DNA of 64,000 nt from Fidelibacterota bacterium (GTDB lineage: Bacteria > Fidelibacterota > UBA8477). The stretch spans positions 1,497 to 65,496 of the forward strand of contig JAIPJQ010000003.1 of assembly GCA_021734065.1 (NCBI GenBank), given 5' to 3'. Below, piece by piece: positions 29,312 to 39,150 of the stretch (positions are counted from its first letter, which is position 1; each line of letters begins with the position of its first letter). A program made the translations under genes and the position numbers. A model generated the notes under the pieces. The model did no database searches. It was given only the letters and a program-made list of their open reading frames with translations, and had not been told where the DNA came from.

Positions 29312-30187
29312 TTACAAATAATCCAACAGGTTTAACCGCAGTGATTCTGATGTCGTCTGAAGTGCGGCTTTGTAAGCAAGCTCTTCCCGGTTGTAGCGCA
29401 CAATGGCATCCATCAAATCAGCATCTTCAGTTTCAGACAAATTCGACAGCAGATTCGCATTGGCTGTTTCCAGGCGTTGCTGTGTCAAATCCAGTTGACG
29501 TATAAGCGACCCTTGCGCCGAAATAATGTTGCTCAATTGTTTCTCGGCCCCCTCCACTGCCCCCAGTGCATCATGGATGGCTGTGTCATCGTCCGCGCGT
29601 AATGCGTCCCGCAAGTCGATCATGTTCTGAAATAAACCGGTGTTAGTGAGTGTTTGGCCGGAGACGTTGATCTCCATGTTCTGATTCTCTGCGATGCGGC
29701 GCGTGATTTTATCAGTATTGCCTTGATAGGAAACTGATGTCCCATCGTAGGTAAACGGGTCGTTCCCCCTAGTCAGGGAACCACTAAAAATATACTTATC
29801 CATATACTTACCATTTGCCAGGGCAACTGTATCCTCAATGATACCATCCAGCCGGTTCGCTAATTCATTCCGCACATTTTGGTTTGCGACATCTGCAGAC
29901 TGGATGCCGATTTCACGGACCGCCATAATCTGATCTTCGAACGTTGAGAGCACCTGTAGAGAATTTTCCATCCAGGCCCGGGTACTGGTGATCGTATCAA
30001 TGTACTGTTTATTCTGCCCAATGGTTTCATTTAACCGACGACTCTTCATGTAGCCTTGTGGATCGTTACTGGGTTTTAGAATTCGTTTCCCGGTAGACAT
30101 CTGCTGTTGGATCTGGCCCATGTTTTCGCGTTTTTGATTTATCGCGTCCATCAGGTTGCGGGTGATAATCGAGTCTGTTACACGCAT
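29312..30187 (-). CDS. flgL: flagellar hook-associated protein 3 FlgL
   Basis: 291 aa. MRVTDSIITRNLMDAINQ N-terminus and a flagellin-like C-terminal helix. Downstream of flgK. Confidence 0.88.
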   Translation of the reverse strand: MRVTDSIITRNLMDAINQKRENMGQIQQQMSTGKRILKPSNDPQGYMKSRRLNETIGQNKQYIDTITSTRAWMENSLQVLSTFEDQIMAVREIGIQSADVANQNVRNELANRLDGIIEDTVALANGKYMDKYIFSGSLTRGNDPFTYDGTSVSYQGNTDKITRRIAENQNMEINVSGQTLTNTGLFQNMIDLRDALRADDDTAIHDALGAVEGAEKQLSNIISAQGSLIRQLDLTQQRLETANANLLSNLSETEDADLMDAIVRYNREELAYKAALQTTSESLRLNLLDYL

Positions 30188-30309
30188 AGGGCTACACTCC
30201 AGAGTGAGATTTCATTTATTATTTCAAGTCTATTGGCCCAATTCATCTCAGGATGAGAGAAGGACTTCACGGCGTTGATGAGAGTAAAAAGGAACATCTA
30301 TCTACCTGA

Positions 30310-31665
30310 CTAAACCATGTTAATAATTGTTTGCGTGATGTCTGAAACCGTAGAAATAACTTTGGCGGCGGCTTGGTAAGCCTGCTCAAACTCGATCAAC
30401 CGAGTCATTTCCTCGTCAAGTGATACGCCAGAAATCGCGTCCCGCTGATTTTTCAAATTGAGGACCAGTTTTTCCTGGCTTGTCTTGAGAAAATCCGCTT
30501 CCTGGACCTGCTTACCCACACCACTGACCATTTGGTTGTAGAATTGGTTTGCCGAATCACCGTGAATAATTTGGGCGAATTGCAAATCAGATATTGCTGA
30601 CGCAATTGCGCCCTCGCCGGGTTTATCTGAATCGCTAGCTGTTGCGATCAAACTCGCATCGTTAAGCACATCCGGGCTGAGGGTAAAGTTTTTGGCTCCG
30701 GTAATCCCATCTGCAAAAAAGTTTACACCGGTAACATTGTCCAAATTATAACCGGATTGATGCAATCCATTGACACGAACGGCAATATTTACGGCCAGTT
30801 CATCCAGCTGATTTCTGATCGTTTTTATGGATTCATTGTGGTGATCGAGAATACTTGCCAGCGCACCTGATTTGGGAACAACTGTCCGCTGTGAATTTCC
30901 CAGCTTCAACCCCAGAGTATATTCAGATGATTGGGAATTCCAGGTTGCCTCAGCCGAAAATGTGTTTACAATGCTCTGTGAAATCAACAGCGATCCATTG
31001 GATGCAATGGTCACCGTCCCATTAGCATTTTCCCGAACATCCATCTCCATAATGGGCGCCATTTCATTCAGGAGTGCGTCCCGTTGATCCAGCAGATCAT
31101 GGGAGGGTTGTTTGATAATTCGTCGATTGAGTTCACCCATCTGGGTCAACAGGCGATTCAGATCGTCAATTTTTTGTTGAAACTGGCTACGAAGTGTGCG
31201 CTGCAGGTCTCCCAAATCTGTATCCAGTTTTTGAAAAGAACGGACCAGGGTCTGCCCCTGACTGCGAACTTCTGTACGAGCAGCCTGACTTTCAGGGTCA
31301 TTGGCTATGGCGCTCCAGGAATTCCAAAAAGAACTCAGTACATTGGATAAGCCAAAATCACTTGGTTCCCCGAAAATATCCTCCACCTGTTGGAAAATGA
31401 TCTGATCGGATTCACGTCGTCCCAAATCCTGTTTTTCAAATCTTAATTGTGATTCGATAAAGGAATTTTGAACCCGGACCGTATCCGCATGTTTTATTCC
31501 ACCGTTCGTTGTCGAAAATCCCAGTGTCGATTCGGAAATCTTCACCTGACGCCGCTTGTAGACATCGGAATTCATGTTGGCAATATTTTTGGCCGAGGTG
31601 TTGATCGCCGATTGATTGTGTTGCAAAGACTGTTTGGCCATATCGAATATTTTTTGAATAGACAT
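30310..31665 (-). CDS. flgK: flagellar hook-associated protein 1 FlgK
   Basis: 451 aa. N-terminus INTSAKNIANMNSDVYKRRQV and C-terminus GVSLDEEMTRLIEFEQAYQAAAKVI. Confidence 0.9.
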   Translation of the reverse strand: MSIQKIFDMAKQSLQHNQSAINTSAKNIANMNSDVYKRRQVKISESTLGFSTTNGGIKHADTVRVQNSFIESQLRFEKQDLGRRESDQIIFQQVEDIFGEPSDFGLSNVLSSFWNSWSAIANDPESQAARTEVRSQGQTLVRSFQKLDTDLGDLQRTLRSQFQQKIDDLNRLLTQMGELNRRIIKQPSHDLLDQRDALLNEMAPIMEMDVRENANGTVTIASNGSLLISQSIVNTFSAEATWNSQSSEYTLGLKLGNSQRTVVPKSGALASILDHHNESIKTIRNQLDELAVNIAVRVNGLHQSGYNLDNVTGVNFFADGITGAKNFTLSPDVLNDASLIATASDSDKPGEGAIASAISDLQFAQIIHGDSANQFYNQMVSGVGKQVQEADFLKTSQEKLVLNLKNQRDAISGVSLDEEMTRLIEFEQAYQAAAKVISTVSDITQTIINMV

Positions 31666-31677
31666 AAATAATCGACC

Positions 31678-32256
31678 TTATCCTTTTCTGTCCAACAAAC
31701 AGGTATCGGTGGAATTTTTATCGGTTATGCCACGCGTATCGTACAGGGTCATGTCTGATCCCTGTTGCCGATATAAAAGGTTGATCATCCCTCGGGCATA
31801 ATCCATGGATGCCCGCAATAAATATTCATTCTGCTGGTTTGTTTCCGTGATTTGGTGTGCCACGGTTTCTGTTTGTTTGATCAGTTTGCTCAGTGCCGGT
31901 GAAAGATCCCGGGGAACCAGAGCTTCCAGATATCTCAACCGGGGTTCAGACATTTCCCGGCCATGGCATGTGGCAATTTTTTTCATCAGGCCGGCGCGCT
32001 CTTTCACCCTGTCCCCCAGTTGGTTTGTCAGCAGTCCCTCTTCGCCTGTGATCCGATCCAATTCATCCACATTCCCCGCAATGATGACCTGCTGCTTTTT
32101 CAGCACTATATCTTGCAGACGATTGCACCACATCAATTCCACCGAGAGCATTGATATCAGTGTTTGGAACATCTCATGGGTTGTGAGCGTGCTGCCCTGG
32201 TCATTGATAAATTCATCCACGGGCTTCAACAATTGATTCGTTTTTGCCTGCCCCAT
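31678..32256 (-). CDS. flgN: FlgN-family export chaperone
   Basis: 192-aa helical protein (LISMLSVELMWCNRLQDIVLKKQQVIIAGNVDELDRIT) directly upstream of flgK. TAATG overlap with the preceding gene. Confidence 0.65.
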   Translation of the reverse strand: MGQAKTNQLLKPVDEFINDQGSTLTTHEMFQTLISMLSVELMWCNRLQDIVLKKQQVIIAGNVDELDRITGEEGLLTNQLGDRVKERAGLMKKIATCHGREMSEPRLRYLEALVPRDLSPALSKLIKQTETVAHQITETNQQNEYLLRASMDYARGMINLLYRQQGSDMTLYDTRGITDKNSTDTCLLDRKG

Positions 32257-32675
32257 TATCGTGTGTCCTTGAGCAGGTCCATGCGCAACGAATGTAGGGT
32301 GTTGAAATCCCAGCTTTTCAATTCAGTAATGGCGTTTATCGGTCCGTGATCTTTTTCAGCCAGGGCACGGTAAAACATCTCTGACAAGCCCGTGGGATTA
32401 CCCTTCGCCAAAGCATCCCCCATCGTACTGCTGAAAAGCATGGAGGAAAGGGTATTCTGTTGGCCGGAAAGGCTGTTCTTAGGTACTGTTTTTTCCATCG
32501 CCTTAACGATCTGGGACAGAAAGGATGCTTCCAACTGCTCACTGGCTTGCCGGAGCTGAATATCCCGCACCTTTAGATTTTCAACGTCAAGGTTCTTGTT
32601 CTTGTATTGCTCCACCGTATTTTGACTGGAAGCTGAATGTGACTGAAGTTGGATTTGAGATGATATTGGATCCAT
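32256..32675 (-). CDS. flgJ: rod-binding protein (FlgJ N-terminal domain only, no muramidase)
   Basis: 139 aa. QLEASFLSQIVKAMEKT and MLFSSTMGDALAKGNPTGLSEMFYRAL match the rod-binding domain. Too short to carry a glucosaminidase domain. Confidence 0.7.
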   Translation of the reverse strand: MDPISSQIQLQSHSASSQNTVEQYKNKNLDVENLKVRDIQLRQASEQLEASFLSQIVKAMEKTVPKNSLSGQQNTLSSMLFSSTMGDALAKGNPTGLSEMFYRALAEKDHGPINAITELKSWDFNTLHSLRMDLLKDTR

Positions 32676-32697
32676 GGATTACCCCGTAATGGCTTGT

Positions 32698-33876
32698 TTA
32701 CATGATGATGAGTTTGGCGTTCAATGCACCGGCTTTTTTAATCGCTTGAAAAATGGCGATTATGTCCCGCGGCTTCACACCCATCTCGTTCAGAGCCGCA
32801 GCCAGTCCACTCACCGTTGTTCGGTCAGGCAGAATCGAAACGGTAGCATCTTCTTCCGTCACTTGCGTATCTGTGACAGGTACCACCACTGTTTTTCCGG
32901 CATTACTAAAAGCAGCGCCCGGCTGGGAAATAACAGGTCGTTTTTTCGTTTGGATTGTGAGATTGCCATGGGAAATCATGACTTCGCTAATCACCACATT
33001 CCCCCCGGCGACGATGGTTCCGGTCCGTTCATTGATAACGACCCGGGCTTCAACATCAGTCTGGACCCTCAGTGTTTCCACCTGGGCGATGAAGTACACC
33101 ACTTCAGCCTGGGAGGTTATGGTTTCAGGCAGGGTTAATTCCACCACACCAGCACTACGGGCCAGAGCCGGACCGGTGGACATTTCTGCCGGGGCACCCT
33201 CCGCCTGAACCGTGGGATCGAATTTTCCATTGATTGTATCGGCAATACGGGCGGCTGTGTTAAAATCCGCCTCCGACAGCAACAGGCGAATGGGTTGATC
33301 CAGCACAAATTCCTGATTGGGAATCTCCGTTTCCAGATTTCCGCCATTGGGAACACGTCCGACCAATGCGTGATTTTTCCGAATTTTCTCCCCGGCATCG
33401 GTCTGAATGTTATAGCCACCGATGGTAACCGGTCCCTGAGCCTGACCATAATACTTACCGGTGTTGGAAAGTAATGGCGTAACCAGAAGAACGCCGCCTT
33501 CCAGACTGGTGGCATCACCCAGGGATGAAACGGTCACATCAAAGTTTGAACCGACCCGGCCGAAAGCGGTGGTTCTTGCCGTCACCATTACCGCAGCGAC
33601 ATTACGGGTCCGCAAATAATCTTTCGGGACGGTAATTCCGAATCGCTCAAGCATATTTGAAATTGTCTGTACCGTGAAAACTGCACCACGATTGCCGGAC
33701 GAGCGATCACCGGTTCCATTTAAACCAATCACCAGACCATAACCAACCACTGGTATCTGTTGGGCATTTTCAATGGTGGTGATGTCTTTAATCCGGACCT
33801 GCCCCCAAGCCAGGCTTAAGATTCCAAGCCCGATAATGATCCACCGCAATCCCCTGGCGGCGACAGCCCGTCTCAT
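32698..33876 (-). CDS. flgI: flagellar P-ring protein FlgI
   Basis: 392 aa. Signal peptide, VGYGLVIGLNGTGD and AIFQAIKKAGALNAKLIIM, typical of FlgI. Confidence 0.92.
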   Translation of the reverse strand: MRRAVAARGLRWIIIGLGILSLAWGQVRIKDITTIENAQQIPVVGYGLVIGLNGTGDRSSGNRGAVFTVQTISNMLERFGITVPKDYLRTRNVAAVMVTARTTAFGRVGSNFDVTVSSLGDATSLEGGVLLVTPLLSNTGKYYGQAQGPVTIGGYNIQTDAGEKIRKNHALVGRVPNGGNLETEIPNQEFVLDQPIRLLLSEADFNTAARIADTINGKFDPTVQAEGAPAEMSTGPALARSAGVVELTLPETITSQAEVVYFIAQVETLRVQTDVEARVVINERTGTIVAGGNVVISEVMISHGNLTIQTKKRPVISQPGAAFSNAGKTVVVPVTDTQVTEEDATVSILPDRTTVSGLAAALNEMGVKPRDIIAIFQAIKKAGALNAKLIIM

Positions 33877-34502
33877 AGCGTGACCCCCAAACCAACGGCC
33901 AACAATCCCAACCCGATAGCCCAGGTCGCAACCTTTTGTAATCCCCCCGCAAATCCCAGTTTATGTTTGATACCCATTTTACTATAGGTGATTTCCGCAT
34001 TGGCAATTTGATAGGAATAGACGGTGTTATCGGTGGAAATATCCCGGGCACGCACATAACCCTTCAGACTGATGAGATTTTTCTCTCCATTTACCTCCAG
34101 GGTTCGACTCCCTTCCAGACGCAGCATACCACTGGATGTCTCTTCCACGATGGTAGCCGTGACTTTCCCTGTCAGATTTTCCCGCTGCTGCGTATCGGTT
34201 CGACCATCGAACGAATTGGAGATGTTTCCGGAAGAGCCGAAAAGCGGGAGAAAATTGGTCAGATTGCTATTAACCGATCCATCAATGGCAGCACCACTGG
34301 AAGTCGAATTGTTGGACTTGCTGGATTTGGATGCATTGGCGGATTCTGAAATTAAAATAGTTACCACATCGCCGACCTGCACACCCTTGATATCGTGGTA
34401 AAGGGAATTATAGGTCCCGGAAAATTGCTGGGCAGAGACAAAACTGATACTGTTCATCAGTAGAAACAGTGCTGTCAACACATGGACCGATCTGCTTTTC
34501 AT
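33873..34502 (-). CDS. flgH: flagellar L-ring lipoprotein FlgH
   Basis: 209 aa. Signal peptide. GDVVTILISE and LEVNGEKNLISLKGYVRARDIS motifs. ATGA overlap with flgI. Confidence 0.9.
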   Translation of the reverse strand: MKSRSVHVLTALFLLMNSISFVSAQQFSGTYNSLYHDIKGVQVGDVVTILISESANASKSSKSNNSTSSGAAIDGSVNSNLTNFLPLFGSSGNISNSFDGRTDTQQRENLTGKVTATIVEETSSGMLRLEGSRTLEVNGEKNLISLKGYVRARDISTDNTVYSYQIANAEITYSKMGIKHKLGFAGGLQKVATWAIGLGLLAVGLGVTL

Positions 34503-34505
34503 AGC

Positions 34506-35231
34506 TTATTGTGCCTCGATTATAACGGTGTTTGAATTTTGGACTTCACCGGTGAGATATATCCGGGTGGTTGTGCAGTAGACGCGGATTTTATCCCCGA
34601 TGGTCGCCGATTCGGTTGTGATCCCATCCGTGCTTATAACCAGAGCGCCCGTATGGAGCTCCAAATTAACCTTGTCACCCTTCATCACGTCCGGTGGATC
34701 CATAAACATATCCCGGGTGAGAATGCGACCGGCGGGAATGACCTGGTGCGTAATCTTATTAGGGAGTTCATCGGTGCTTCTCACTATTTTCCTGAAATCC
34801 CGGGATATTCTGGTTTTTTGAATGCGAAATGGAATTTTATCGCATGACACATATCGGCTCACCAGTTTTGTTGTCACCAATGCATCTGTTGTCACGGTAA
34901 TTTCCACTGAAACCGGATATTCTCCCTGCACCAGCGGACCCTTACGTGCCACCAACCACAAGGTTTGATAGCCAACATCCGTTGATTGACTCCGTCGCTC
35001 CACCGACCAGGAGTGGTTATTCCACCCCTTTTCCGGAATGTTAGACCAATGATGGACACGGAGCTGGATATCCTGTTCAGGCAAATCGAAAGTCCGCATC
35101 GCATAATCGAGAAGGATTCCGCCCAGTTCCTTCTGCATTGCAACAGAGGGATTTCCGGCCATTAAGAACATTGGCAGAACCAACAAAGCTCCTCTAATCC
35201 AACTCGCCCTTTCGTGGGGTTTGTTTTGCAT
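34506..35231 (-). CDS. flgA: flagellar P-ring assembly chaperone FlgA
   Basis: 241 aa. Signal sequence. C-terminal SAF-like pattern (IPAGRILTRDMF...MKGDKVNLELHTGALVISTDGITTESATIGDKIRV). Confidence 0.8.
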   Translation of the reverse strand: MQNKPHERASWIRGALLVLPMFLMAGNPSVAMQKELGGILLDYAMRTFDLPEQDIQLRVHHWSNIPEKGWNNHSWSVERRSQSTDVGYQTLWLVARKGPLVQGEYPVSVEITVTTDALVTTKLVSRYVSCDKIPFRIQKTRISRDFRKIVRSTDELPNKITHQVIPAGRILTRDMFMDPPDVMKGDKVNLELHTGALVISTDGITTESATIGDKIRVYCTTTRIYLTGEVQNSNTVIIEAQ

Positions 35232-35245
35232 ACGTACCGGGTTTA

Positions 35246-36034
35246 TCAGCGTTTGATATTATTGGTGATGGACAGAAGTTCATCGGAGGTTGTCACCGCC
35301 TTGGAATTGATCTCATAAGCTCTTTGGGAAATGATCAGGTTAATCATTTCCTGAACCACATCCACATTGGATTTCTCCAGATAACCTTGCACGACAGTAC
35401 CAAAACTGTCTTCTCCCGGGATACCAAAATTGGGGCGGCCTGATGCCTGGGTCTCCACGTACAGATTACCCCCTTCAGCCCTTAATCCAGCCGGATTCAT
35501 GAATGAAGCCAGCTCGATTTGTCCTACCTCTTCGGGTTCCGGTTGATTCGGAAACAGCACTGAAATAATACCGTTCTCACTTACATTGACACTGGTGGCA
35601 CCCAGCGGAACATCAATTTGAGGATAGACGCGCAGACCCGAGCCATTAACCAATTCACCTTCTGCGTTGACGCGGAGGGCACCATCGCGGGAGTAGGCAA
35701 TGGTACCGTCCTGGCGCATGATCTGTATAAAACCATTGCCATTGATGGCCAGATCCAGGCTGTTACCGGTTTCTTCCACATTGCCCTGAGTGAAAGAACG
35801 AAACGTGGCAACCGGACGATTTCCCATCCCGACCTGGATCTCACCGGGTTTTTTATTATTTCGGGCGGCATCGTCGTTACCGGATTTGATGGTGTCATAG
35901 AGCAGATCCTGAAATTCAACGGCGCTCTTTTTAAAACCGGTTGTATTCACATTCGCCAGATTATTGGCGACCACATCCACATTCATCTGCTGTGCGGCCA
36001 TACCGAGTGCGGCAGTTCGTAATGCACGGATCAT
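35246..36034 (-). CDS. flgG: flagellar distal rod protein FlgG
   Basis: 262 aa. ANNLANVNTTGFKK N-terminus and YLEKSNVDVVQEMINLIISQRAYEINSK C-terminus. Confidence 0.92.
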   Translation of the reverse strand: MIRALRTAALGMAAQQMNVDVVANNLANVNTTGFKKSAVEFQDLLYDTIKSGNDDAARNNKKPGEIQVGMGNRPVATFRSFTQGNVEETGNSLDLAINGNGFIQIMRQDGTIAYSRDGALRVNAEGELVNGSGLRVYPQIDVPLGATSVNVSENGIISVLFPNQPEPEEVGQIELASFMNPAGLRAEGGNLYVETQASGRPNFGIPGEDSFGTVVQGYLEKSNVDVVQEMINLIISQRAYEINSKAVTTSDELLSITNNIKR

Positions 36035-36055
36035 TGGGGGTCCTCCTGAATTAAT

Positions 36056-36772
36056 TTATGTTACACGGCTGATATCGTTGGCAGCCTTGTTCATCACAGA
36101 GTCAATGGCACTCATGGCGCGCTGGGAGCTTTCAAACTGCCGCTGGAGCTCAATGAGTTGAACCATCTCCACAATCGGATTCACATTGGAACCTTCCAGT
36201 TGCCCCTGCAGAACTGTGCTGGCGGGAGAGGCCGCCGTGGTATAGCCTGAAGGAGCCTTGAACAGGTTGTCGCCGGCCTTTTTCAGACGCGATGGATCGT
36301 CTACCTGTACCACTTTTAATTGACCCATAAATTGACTATCAATATAAATCTCACCTGAATCGTTCACCGATATATCACCCGCGGAGAATTCATCCAGGGG
36401 CAGGTTGATGCTCCCGCTCATTCCCTGTACGTAATGATTGCTCCCGTTGACTAAAAAACCATCTTCGGACACACTAAAATGACCGTCCCGTGTGAGCGCC
36501 TCTCCTGACTCAGTCTCCACCACAAAAAAACCATCCCCCCGGATCGCCAGGTCAAAAGGATTGCCTGTTTGCTGTAGCGGTCCCTGTTTATAACTGGTTT
36601 GCACCTGGACTTTTGGGGCTTTTGAATTTTCGGTCAGAATATCAAAAAAAGCTGTTTCCTTCTTAAAGCCGTTCGTACTCACATTCGCGAGATTATTCGC
36701 TACAACATCATTTTTATGAATCTGTGCGGTCATGATTTTTTGTAGCATTATCAGGCTGGTATTCATATCCAT
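36056..36772 (-). CDS. flgF: flagellar rod protein FlgF (FlgG paralogue)
   Basis: 238 aa. ANNLANVSTNGFKKE and LEGSNVNPIVEMVQLIELQRQFESSQ. The start may be the third codon, ATG 36766. Confidence 0.8.
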   Translation of the reverse strand: MDMNTSLIMLQKIMTAQIHKNDVVANNLANVSTNGFKKETAFFDILTENSKAPKVQVQTSYKQGPLQQTGNPFDLAIRGDGFFVVETESGEALTRDGHFSVSEDGFLVNGSNHYVQGMSGSINLPLDEFSAGDISVNDSGEIYIDSQFMGQLKVVQVDDPSRLKKAGDNLFKAPSGYTTAASPASTVLQGQLEGSNVNPIVEMVQLIELQRQFESSQRAMSAIDSVMNKAANDISRVT

Positions 36773-36798
36773 TTACCTCATTGTGTGCACCTTCTGGG

Positions 36799-36813
36799 GC
36801 AATTCGGGTGCCA
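36799..36813 (-). promoter_or_regulatory. sigma-54 type (-24/-12) promoter upstream of flgF
   Basis: The minus strand reads TGGCAC-CCGAA-TTGC, matching the TGGCAC-N5-TTGC consensus. It lies about 27 nt upstream of the flgF ATG, inside a 273-bp AT-rich intergenic region. Confidence 0.55.
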
Positions 36814-37045
36814 AGGACATTTTTTTTAAAAAATCCCCAACCCCTCCTTACATTTATTCGGCACTATATATATGTTATTTATATATTTATGATCCGCTTT
36901 TGTCTGTTTCCACACCGTTTTTATTATCCGGGATTTGGTCAATAAATGGGTGAAAAGCGGAAGGAATTCCCGACCGAAACGGAATTATTTTCCGTCGGCT
37001 TTACTGCACTTGATTGTGTGATTTTTTAATTAACGGTGTGGACGA

Positions 37046-37873
37046 TTATTCCGCGAGTCGCGTCATTTGGATATCGTCGCAATAATCATCACTTAACGAG
37101 GTTTCAATTTTTTTCAACTGATAGGTGATTGATCGAATTCTGTATGCCTGTGCCAGGATGATTTCCAGATGGTCCTTAACTGCTGATTTTCCGTTGATCT
37201 GTTTGTCCAGTTTGAGCTGTAATAATTCGGCATTGCCAATGATGGAAGTGAGGGGGTTGTTAATTTCGTGGTTCACGGTGACGGTAATCTCGCCGATGGC
37301 GGCCATTCGTTCCGATTCCACCAATTCGGCCTGGGTCTGCTGTAGCTTCTCCAAACTGTCCTGGAGCTCCTGATTACGTGCCTGAAGTTTTTTTCGCAGG
37401 AACAGTTGTTCAGCGGCGATGGAAAACTGGTTGGCGATCAGGACGAATTTTTCCAGATCCTCTTCCCGATAAACACCTTCCCGGGAATGACCCAGGTTCA
37501 TCACTCCCAACAACCTTTCACCCGCCCAGAGCGGGAGTGAAACAAAGGAATTAAAGAGATTCGCCTGGCCTGGCCTGGATTTCCTGAGTGAGGAAAGAAT
37601 GACCGGTTCCCTTTGATTTGCAATCCATCCCGACAATCCAGGACCGTTGTCAAATGAAACATCACGTATCAGGTCAACAACCGAATCGCCAATTTGGTAT
37701 TTGTGCTCCAGTTTTCCGCTGGCAGGGTCTTTCAGGAAGAGTGTCGCACAATCAAAAGAGACAGCGGACAGCAGGAGATCAAACAGCGCCCCAAAGAGTT
37801 GTTGATCCGATTCCCAGCTTTTTTGCAGGAGGGTCGCCAGGGTGACCAGAGGATTTTTATCGACATATACCAT
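37046..37873 (-). CDS. GAF domain fused to HisKA/DHp domain, no ATPase domain
   Basis: 275 aa. GAF region (aa 20-150), coiled coil, then H-box ITVTVNHEINNPLTSIIGNAELL. The protein ends 73 aa after the His. No N/G boxes. Confidence 0.75.
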   Translation of the reverse strand: MVYVDKNPLVTLATLLQKSWESDQQLFGALFDLLLSAVSFDCATLFLKDPASGKLEHKYQIGDSVVDLIRDVSFDNGPGLSGWIANQREPVILSSLRKSRPGQANLFNSFVSLPLWAGERLLGVMNLGHSREGVYREEDLEKFVLIANQFSIAAEQLFLRKKLQARNQELQDSLEKLQQTQAELVESERMAAIGEITVTVNHEINNPLTSIIGNAELLQLKLDKQINGKSAVKDHLEIILAQAYRIRSITYQLKKIETSLSDDYCDDIQMTRLAE

Positions 37874-37905
37874 GCGCTGTCTTTTTTTCTCCTTACTTAA
37901 ACGTC

Positions 37906-39150
37906 CTAATAGTGATGGTGGATCATCCCAATTAAATCCGTTAGTTGTTTGCGTTCATCGGAATGACCCGTGGGTAGCCGTAGCGTGAATTCGGTCCCTT
38001 TACCCGCCCAACTTTTAACGAAGATATCACCCCCCATGGAATCGACAATATTCTTGCAGATTGACAAGCCCATGCCGGTATTGCGCCCATTTTTCTTCGT
38101 GGAAAAGAAGGGGTCGAAAATTTTCCGGACGATCTCGTCGGGAATCCCGGCAGCATTGTCGGTGATATGTATTTCAACCCATCGACCATCCCGTGCAAGC
38201 GATGAAACATGGACAAACCTGTCTCTCTCCGAATCAGCCAAAACACCATAATCCAAATCGTCAAAGGCATCCCGTACATTTGCTAATAAATTCACTAAAA
38301 CCTGTTCAATATATAACGGATTAGCCAAGATGTACGGCAAGCTGTCATCTTTATCAACCCGGACCTCAATCTTGCGCTTTTCAAAGTCAGATTGAATCAG
38401 ATTGACAGCCATATCCACAACGGAATTGACATTCACTGCGGATAACAAATTTTCCTCCGTCTGATGCGAAAATTCGCGCATGGAATCAATGATCTTGGCC
38501 ATCCGATCAATGAGCTCATACCCATCATGTACCAATTGTTTCTTCTTTTCCGGATGATCAGGCTTCTCAATCTGGTTGTGAAGCATCTCCAGCTTTAAGC
38601 GTAAAATGCTCAAAGGTTGACTGATTTCATGCACAAGACCCACAGACAATTCTCCCAATGCCTTCAGCCGGTCGCGCGAAATAGTCGCTAACTGGTGCTG
38701 CCGTAGCTCCTTTTCCAGGATTTTCTGTTGGGTGATATCCTTGGCGGTAATAATAATGTACTGGACCCGACCCTTACGGTCCTGCACCAGATTGAAATTG
38801 AGATAGACCGGCGTTACCTGGTCACCGGCACGGAAACCGGCCTCAATGTTGTCTAAAACTCCCTTGTTGATGTATTGAACCACGCTGGATATTTGTTGCC
38901 CCGGCTCAGGATCATCACTCCAATCCCCCGGACAATCGGTGATGTATCGATCAATGGATTGTCCCACCAATGCTTCGAGGGTCGTGTCCAATAAGCTCAG
39001 GGCACTGCGGTTGGCATATTGAATATGACCGATGACATCTGCAATCAGGATGACATCCTGTACACTTTCCAGAATGGCAATCGTGGTTGAATAGTCTTTC
39101 AAATCCTGAGCATTCCCAGAATTGCGGGGAGAACGTTTATTGGGGGGCAT
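37906..39150 (-). CDS. PAS-domain sensor histidine kinase (complete HisKA + HATPase_c)
   Basis: 414 aa. PAS (ILIADVIGHIQYANRSALSLL), H-box LVHEISQPLS, N box NLLANVRDAF, G boxes DNAAGIP and GMGLSICK. Confidence 0.88.
   Translation of the reverse strand: MPPNKRSPRNSGNAQDLKDYSTTIAILESVQDVILIADVIGHIQYANRSALSLLDTTLEALVGQSIDRYITDCPGDWSDDPEPGQQISSVVQYINKGVLDNIEAGFRAGDQVTPVYLNFNLVQDRKGRVQYIIITAKDITQQKILEKELRQHQLATISRDRLKALGELSVGLVHEISQPLSILRLKLEMLHNQIEKPDHPEKKKQLVHDGYELIDRMAKIIDSMREFSHQTEENLLSAVNVNSVVDMAVNLIQSDFEKRKIEVRVDKDDSLPYILANPLYIEQVLVNLLANVRDAFDDLDYGVLADSERDRFVHVSSLARDGRWVEIHITDNAAGIPDEIVRKIFDPFFSTKKNGRNTGMGLSICKNIVDSMGGDIFVKSWAGKGTEFTLRLPTGHSDERKQLTDLIGMIHHHY

Noticed and set aside
31718-31744. 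ACCGATAA element upstream of flgK inside the flgN 3' end
   Set aside because: The position 15 nt upstream reads GTAC, not TAAA, so this is a single half-site only.
32753-33208. Long antisense shadow ORFs. Examples: 418-864, 6298-6756, 8888-9376, 13652-14134, 32753-33208, 45907-46410, 50715-51191, 54951-55340, 57392-57817
   Set aside because: Each lies fully inside a well-supported gene on the opposite strand or in another frame. Each has a low-complexity, Arg/Pro/Gly-rich composition typical of shadow frames.
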